Source: an uncultured virus (IMG/VR IMGVR_UViG_3300002132_000024)
Taxonomy: Duplodnaviria > Heunggongvirae > Uroviricota > Caudoviricetes
IMG/VR virus record: IMGVR_UViG_3300002132_000024
Span: 54,783-74,782 of that record
DNA length: 20,000 nt
Direction: 5' to 3' (one strand)
Part shown: positions 15,601 to 20,000 of the stretch, one piece after another
Numbering within the stretch: position 1 is the stretch's first letter
How the letters are laid out: each line of letters begins with the position of its first letter
Notes under the pieces: model-generated
Told to the model about the DNA's origin: nothing
Database searches by the model: none
The model's input: only the letters and a program-made list of their open reading frames with translations
Position numbers and translations under genes: made by a program

Positions 15601-18600
15601 CTACATTGTCTAGTACAGGATCAGACAATTCTAAAGTATAGTTTTCTATCAGCTTATGAGATTTAGCAGCTTGAATATACAAACTAGACCCGTCACCTAG
15701 ACTAGGACTAGCACCGTCAACAGTTAGCGATAGATAAAATTGATTATATTCTGGAATGCTAATAACATAGTATGTGGTATCAGCAAGAAGACCGTTCGAT
15801 GAACTAGTAGGAACAACTACATCGCCTACTTTTAATTTATGATTACCGCTGGTTGTACATAGATTCGTAGCAATGTCAGTAATTGTTAGTAATATTTTAA
15901 ATACCGCCGGATCAGCAACAGTGACGCTTACATTGTATGGTGCATTTGAATCCACAGATTGGCTAAATTGAAGAACTCGATAAACGCTGTCTTCGGTTTC
16001 TCTTAGTTTTAACCCAGTAGATGGTCTAACAGCAACTTCAGCTAAATCACCAGTAAGAAATAGTTGACCGTTATTTCTAATAGTTAATACTGTATTATTC
16101 GGTACTTGTAAAAACAGTCCATCAGCAGTAGCTGCCCCACCGGCTCCGCCGAGGTTCAGTCTAGCAACACCGGCTGGCAAATCAAGTGTCGTCACATTAC
16201 TAACTGGGTATCTATAAATTACCCCGCTGTGATCAATCTCTAGTTCACTTCCACCTAATGGTGTATATTCGTATGCGTATATGTATATGAACAATCCATT
16301 TAGTGTGTTTGCATACGTGCCGGATGGGAAATAACATTTAGCCTTCTGACTAAATTCTTCATAAACTGTAGTTGGTGTTGGAACTTCTAATGGATCAGCA
16401 CCTTCTGCAACCAAGGCATATGTACCATGGGCACTTGACCCGCCTACACTTCGAATCTGTCCACCATTGATAGAATAGTATGAAATATGGCAGTAGTAGG
16501 TAAACATTGACACAGCTTCAATCAATCCGCCGTTTGTTGCTACTAGACCATATCCTAAATCGTTGATTTGTGTAAAGTCATTTGACAGCATAGAACGGTT
16601 GCCTGGCATTAACAATTCATATCTACGTTGATAGGTAAATGTACCAGTCCCGCTTGATGATGTAGCAACTTTTACAATCGAACCAAACGTTGCAGTTATG
16701 TTAAATGTGTTGTTGCTTATGCCGTCACCGACTACGTAATATTCTTGTCCAGCAATAATACCTGTAGGTAAACTGCCGCCCTCGCTTACTGCGAATACAA
16801 GAGTAGCTCCTGCTTGCATCTTATGTTCAGTAAATGTAATAACAGCAGGAGTACCGTTGCTAATAGTACATGTTTGTGCGCCAGCGGCTCTGTTATACGG
16901 TGTAGTTTCGTCTAATACAAATGTAGCAGTTGAACCGGCTGGGCTATAGACATAATCTCTAACATAGTTAATGCGGAGTACACTGTCATCAACTAAGAAA
17001 CTGGCCGGCAATTTAGGTAAACGTTCTAGTCCACTAACTGACAATCTAGTAAATGTAGCGTCCGATGAAATGTGATTAAATTGTAGGTTTCCGGTAAAGC
17101 CGTCAACAAACTTACCACCTGCAAACGTCTGGCGATTAGTGCTTCGAGAGAATGATGCGCATTCTTGAGCATACGGAGACTTGGCAAGAATTTGACCTTC
17201 GGGATCAAGCACACACATAAAGCCGCCGTGACCTTGTGCAGTAATAGCCTGCCAGCGAACCGCATCGTTGGCAAGGAAAACGTCCATGTATTGATTTTCT
17301 TTAGGATAGTTTACGCTGCCTGATCCATCGATTACATCAGTTAATGCTGCTAATAGAGCTTGAATAACTATGTCAACATCAACCTCTGCTTGATAAGCAG
17401 CATCTATAATCTGCGGAGCAAGATCGTTGTATATAGTTGATATTACAGTATTATCTATGATGTCTATCATTAAATTTTCTAGATGAACTAATACTGCAAG
17501 GTACTCGTTCAGCTGATCTGTAATAGCAATTCTAGCACTAGCGCTTTCATAATACTTTAATCCTGCAGAGATAGTTCTATTATATCCACCGTACTTTAGG
17601 TCAAAAGTAAATGCATCAACTAGTAATCCTACATCTCTCTTACATAAAGCGCTGGTATAACTAAATGCAGGTGTAAATGGAGAAATAGTATTTGCTATTT
17701 GATAATCCATCCATGCAATGATTTCTTCTTGCAAGAATGCTCTGTTTAAATTGATTAACTCTGCAGCAGCGGTATACGTACCCTTGTTATCGACTTTTGG
17801 ATAAACCGGTTCGGAAGAGTCTTGTAGATAGTGATAACCGTATATTTTATCAGCAACAGCTAATCCGTCAACGACAGTGTCTCTACGAAATTTTTGGAAC
17901 GCCCACGGGGAACTTGATGTTCCTGGCTTTGGTCTAATAATACATCTACGAAATTCATCACCAACAATAGATACGTTTTGCGGAACTTTTAGTGGATAGT
18001 TTTCATAGTACTCACCACTTTCAACCAAAACAGAAATTTGTGTACTTAAGGTAATATCGCCGTAGGCTATTATTTCACCTTCAACAAATGAACCAAACTT
18101 AACGTCAACATCAAAAATCTCTCTGCCTTCAGAATCAAGTGAACCGTCGTGTGCTAAAATTTGTGCAAGTGCTCCAGAAGTAACACCTTCTAGATATAAT
18201 CCTTCACGGATGTCTCTGCCTCGAATAGCCTGCGGAGTATCAGTAGAGACATCACCTGTGAAATCTGTTCGGTATCCTTGGGTATCAAGTAAGAATCTTG
18301 GCAGATCGACAGTTAACGTTGGTAAGCTAGTAAATCCAGTACCTCTATCGGTAATAGTAATACTAGTAATCACACCGCCGGTGACTACCGCAGTACCAAA
18401 TGCACCTGCGCCACCGCCGCCAGTGATACGAACTGATACTAGCGAATATCCAGTTCCGCCGTTTGTGATGGTTACAGAGTTGACTCTATAGGTAATATTA
18501 AATGTAGCACCTGCGCCAATAGCGCCGATACCTACAGGAGCAGCTGATTCGTCGATTACAGTGGATACAGAAGTAGCACCTGGCAAGACTGAGTATGTAC

Positions 18601-19681
18601 CTGTAGAAATAATTCTATAAGTTAATATAGCCCCAGGAGTAGTTAGTGTTGACAGCACCTCAATGGTACACGCTCCGGTTCCGGTTCCGCCAACTATGCT
18701 TAAAATATCCCCAGGAAAGTAGTTTGTACCAACGGAGTTGAGCACTACAGCATTAACACTTAATTTTACATCGCCTGCAAATCCACTTCCAGAACTCGGA
18801 GAACTTGTAATGCTACTTAATGTGACATCAGAAGCTCCTTGGTTATAAGTTAATACCTTTCTATAAGGTCCAATTCGCAATGGTGATTCTAAAATTATTT
18901 CTTCGGCACGTTTTAACGCTGCTTCTAATGTACGATAGGCATAGGCCAATGCACGACCTTGCAACGATCTCGACACGCCCACTCTTTCGTCTGCCCCAGA
19001 TGTTGCAACGTATAAGTTTACAGAACTGCCAAATGCAGCGTTGTCAACGTATCGTTTTGTTGCAGCAACTAAGCCATCGAAGTTAACATCATCGTCTGGC
19101 TCTGGATCTCTAGAAAGTATCAACGGACCAGACATGCGACCAAACGCTGAATCTGCACTTCCGGTTTCTGGATTAATAGCATTCACACCTGCTCTTGATA
19201 TTTTACTATCAGCATATGCTTTATTAACTAATTCATGTTTGTATAAAGGTGATAGGGGTGTTAATTGAGTTCCTGCATCTAGGATTCTATATTGTAGGCC
19301 ACCAGAGCGTAGAGATAAGTCGCCACCTAACTGTGGGGATGTATCTGCAGAAATTTCAGCAAAGTCTGCATTAATCGAAATCTCATTTGGATTAGTAATA
19401 AAGTCAATACTAATACCATTTCCAGAAACTAGTTGTTTAAATGCTACCCCCGATTCAGTGTTATTAACTGTGACCAACGGTGTAGAACCTGTAGTTGGAT
19501 CGTTCTGTCCAACATACGAACCTGGAGTATCGTCTAGACCGATGAACGAAAGTCGTTCACCTAGTCCTAACGAACTGTATAGTTCTCGAAAGTTATCATT
19601 AACTTTTCTGAACGAGTCGCGAATACTATCGCCTGTACCATCATTACCTACGGTACCAATATCAATTGTTTTACGTGCCAT
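12671..19681 (-). CDS. Giant modular tail fibre/tailspike (2336 aa)
   Basis: gp10-like N-terminus (TIDIGTVGNDGTGDSIRDSFRKVNDNFRELY), SPQLGGDL and AATKRYVD fibre motifs, pectin-lyase-like segments (LYVATSGAD...AYRTLEAAL; SGEYYENYPLKVPQNVSIVGD), repeated beta modules, and a C-terminal ADLAE...VALQGRVP domain resembling the peptidase G2 intramolecular chaperone. Confidence 0.85.
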   Translation of the reverse strand: MARKTIDIGTVGNDGTGDSIRDSFRKVNDNFRELYSSLGLGERLSFIGLDDTPGSYVGQNDPTTGSTPLVTVNNTESGVAFKQLVSGNGISIDFITNPNEISINADFAEISADTSPQLGGDLSLRSGGLQYRILDAGTQLTPLSPLYKHELVNKAYADSKISRAGVNAINPETGSADSAFGRMSGPLILSRDPEPDDDVNFDGLVAATKRYVDNAAFGSSVNLYVATSGADERVGVSRSLQGRALAYAYRTLEAALKRAEEIILESPLRIGPYRKVLTYNQGASDVTLSSITSSPSSGSGFAGDVKLSVNAVVLNSVGTNYFPGDILSIVGGTGTGACTIEVLSTLTTPGAILTYRIISTGTYSVLPGATSVSTVIDESAAPVGIGAIGAGATFNITYRVNSVTITNGGTGYSLVSVRITGGGGAGAFGTAVVTGGVITSITITDRGTGFTSLPTLTVDLPRFLLDTQGYRTDFTGDVSTDTPQAIRGRDIREGLYLEGVTSGALAQILAHDGSLDSEGREIFDVDVKFGSFVEGEIIAYGDITLSTQISVLVESGEYYENYPLKVPQNVSIVGDEFRRCIIRPKPGTSSSPWAFQKFRRDTVVDGLAVADKIYGYHYLQDSSEPVYPKVDNKGTYTAAAELINLNRAFLQEEIIAWMDYQIANTISPFTPAFSYTSALCKRDVGLLVDAFTFDLKYGGYNRTISAGLKYYESASARIAITDQLNEYLAVLVHLENLMIDIIDNTVISTIYNDLAPQIIDAAYQAEVDVDIVIQALLAALTDVIDGSGSVNYPKENQYMDVFLANDAVRWQAITAQGHGGFMCVLDPEGQILAKSPYAQECASFSRSTNRQTFAGGKFVDGFTGNLQFNHISSDATFTRLSVSGLERLPKLPASFLVDDSVLRINYVRDYVYSPAGSTATFVLDETTPYNRAAGAQTCTISNGTPAVITFTEHKMQAGATLVFAVSEGGSLPTGIIAGQEYYVVGDGISNNTFNITATFGSIVKVATSSSGTGTFTYQRRYELLMPGNRSMLSNDFTQINDLGYGLVATNGGLIEAVSMFTYYCHISYYSINGGQIRSVGGSSAHGTYALVAEGADPLEVPTPTTVYEEFSQKAKCYFPSGTYANTLNGLFIYIYAYEYTPLGGSELEIDHSGVIYRYPVSNVTTLDLPAGVARLNLGGAGGAATADGLFLQVPNNTVLTIRNNGQLFLTGDLAEVAVRPSTGLKLRETEDSVYRVLQFSQSVDSNAPYNVSVTVADPAVFKILLTITDIATNLCTTSGNHKLKVGDVVVPTSSSNGLLADTTYYVISIPEYNQFYLSLTVDGASPSLGDGSSLYIQAAKSHKLIENYTLELSDPVLDNVVITGTSGQFSCSATNLVSGQTIAISGINVGTGSIAGYASPTTYYIIATNGTTTFTLSASSGGAAIATTTGTPVGLTYTGVFPAPLTNDNQIYWVITDGLTETEFKVALTKNGNPVAVTAAGSGTFGYSLYGLTRTVTRENYNYNDLTLYQPGEWTDDYPTGRTCTISVADPAEIGLVAHGFTAGDVIKFETTGVMPTGVTTNNNFHVLSAGITTDTFRISLVPGGDAVVTSGTQTGTHTVGTVTGGVGSTIFAVVPVATQEVSRVSGSKFVFLGEEYVIDTYQNEAITNEAWARVILNRPLVDSIIAYQNSYTIKSAVAIRTNGAIGSLTIRISLTRVTSHDLLEIGTGSYADTNYPSEIYGAPVNAVNASQETQERDVGRCFYVTTDQFGNFSVGPYFRVDQGTGTVTFAASIALSNLDGIGFKRGVPVSEFSTDSGFTDNATDTVPTENAARIYIERRLGIGHDGSAVTPSQLIPTVSGGFMALDGQLGMKATMNLNFNKITNLTDPVAAQDAVNLRSLTVDNFQDWEGADPKGGDFMIFTGVGNTLINATITGDLTLDLRAGVDSSVNNIDVQLNAGVVNNAEVSASAAIEQSKLDMVIAAAGAAAPTGSAAVIQAASGLASFNTSDFTVSNGWVSLKSNSVALGDIAQIASKTVLANSTLSTGNVSAVAFSDVVDQGLAVKKLQFNAVGFLKRTSASSFSSDGDYAMINSSAGSSASVGASELIARDSNGDFGGRIIDVQQYKIDTNLTIDTTATATGGYIRYYGYDSGGGMLVQNGSLAADRATNYWNDTHYFKTQNGVSAAPIVASSVQVTAITTGGNTTAGTITGRWTLTGTSPNESRMQATYSADLAENYEGDKQYEVGLVLVFGGDKEVTTTNVKGDTRVAGVVSNTAAYTMYEACPGLKNLVALQGRVPCRVVGKINKGDILITSGIPGVAMAATGDVKVGTVVGKSLTTYDSDHIGTIEIAVGRT

Positions 19682-19712
19682 TTTTCATCCTAGAATAAGC
19701 AGTTTGCTACAA

Positions 19713-19718
19713 TATTTA
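19713..19718 (-). promoter_or_regulatory. TAAATA box upstream of the giant tail gene
   Basis: The - strand reads gcTAAATAttg, about 30 nt before ATG 19681, with an AGGA SD in between. Confidence 0.55.
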
Positions 19719-19742
19719 GCCCAAAGTTTTATAAGCCGGATG

Positions 19743-19748
19743 TAAATA
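19743..19748 (+). promoter_or_regulatory. TAAATA box 4 nt before an ATG (probably leaderless)
   Basis: tgTAAATAcactATG, with no SD between the box and the start codon. Confidence 0.55.
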
Positions 19749-19752
19749 CACT

Positions 19753-20000
19753 ATGTTCTTAAAAACTTTAACAGAAGAAACCAGTTATAAACGTGTCAGC
19801 AAGTGCGGCCATGAACACAACTACACAAGAAAAAAGACCATTGCGGTCTTTGGTTGTGATAATTGCGACATTAAATTTACTAGAGATCTAAAATCAATAG
19901 ATCGAAAACGATTAAGCAACAATTATTTTCATTGTTGTTCTAATTGTGATGCTAAGAGATTTGCACAGCGTAAAGGAGTAGAACAGAAACAAATCTGGGA
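19753..20000 (+). CDS. Putative Zn-binding protein (CxxC...CxxC), runs off the right edge
   Basis: Not in the ORF track. Manual translation: MFLKTLTEETSYKRVSKCGHEHNYTRKKTIAVFGCDNCDIKFTRDLKSIDRKRLSNNYFHCCSNCDAKRFAQRKGVEQKQIW. Confidence 0.8.
   Translation, partial: MFLKTLTEETSYKRVSKCGHEHNYTRKKTIAVFGCDNCDIKFTRDLKSIDRKRLSNNYFHCCSNCDAKRFAQRKGVEQKQIW

Noticed and set aside
534..19681. None of the accepted complete genes ends in TAG, which could suggest amber recoding
   Set aside because: The genes tile fully under the standard code with no in-frame TAG interruptions. TAA/TGA preference is explained by AT content and the ATGA/TAATG overlaps.
773..19745. Antisense and alternate-frame ORFs in the track (e.g. 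773-1135, 8071-8544, 11842-12267, 13698-14183, 19458-19745)
   Set aside because: They are shadows of well-supported genes, with no motifs or evident RBS.

Overview
The window is a gene-dense, AT-rich fragment of a large tailed dsDNA phage, probably myovirus-like/T4-related. A proteobacterial host is suggested by an FdxA-type ferredoxin and a SutA-like peptide. Nearly all genes lie on the - strand, and most are translationally coupled through ATGA/TAATG overlaps. The right part (6910-19681) is a virion/tail module: a 2336-aa modular tail protein, a YadA-like repeat fibre, small proteins with a gp10-like N-terminus, and a multi-Ig protein. The left part (1271-6910) is a replication/metabolism/chaperone cluster: a stand-alone DnaE fragment, GroES, a MazG-like pyrophosphatase, a TagD-like cytidylyltransferase, an RFC/gp44-like clamp loader, a 7Fe ferredoxin, a DUF2452-like protein and dCMP deaminase. 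A lone + strand phoH is bracketed by two RNA hairpins, and TAAATA boxes resembling T4 late promoters recur before gene starts. The most notable observations are (1) an all-helical phycobiliprotein-like domain with a C-x-R-D motif inserted in the giant tail protein, (2) a DnaE piece that stops just before the catalytic aspartates, suggesting an intein-free split polymerase, (3) a SutA-like candidate RNA-polymerase-binding mini-protein, and (4) the structured phoH mRNA ends. All family calls come from motif recognition by eye; no searches were run.
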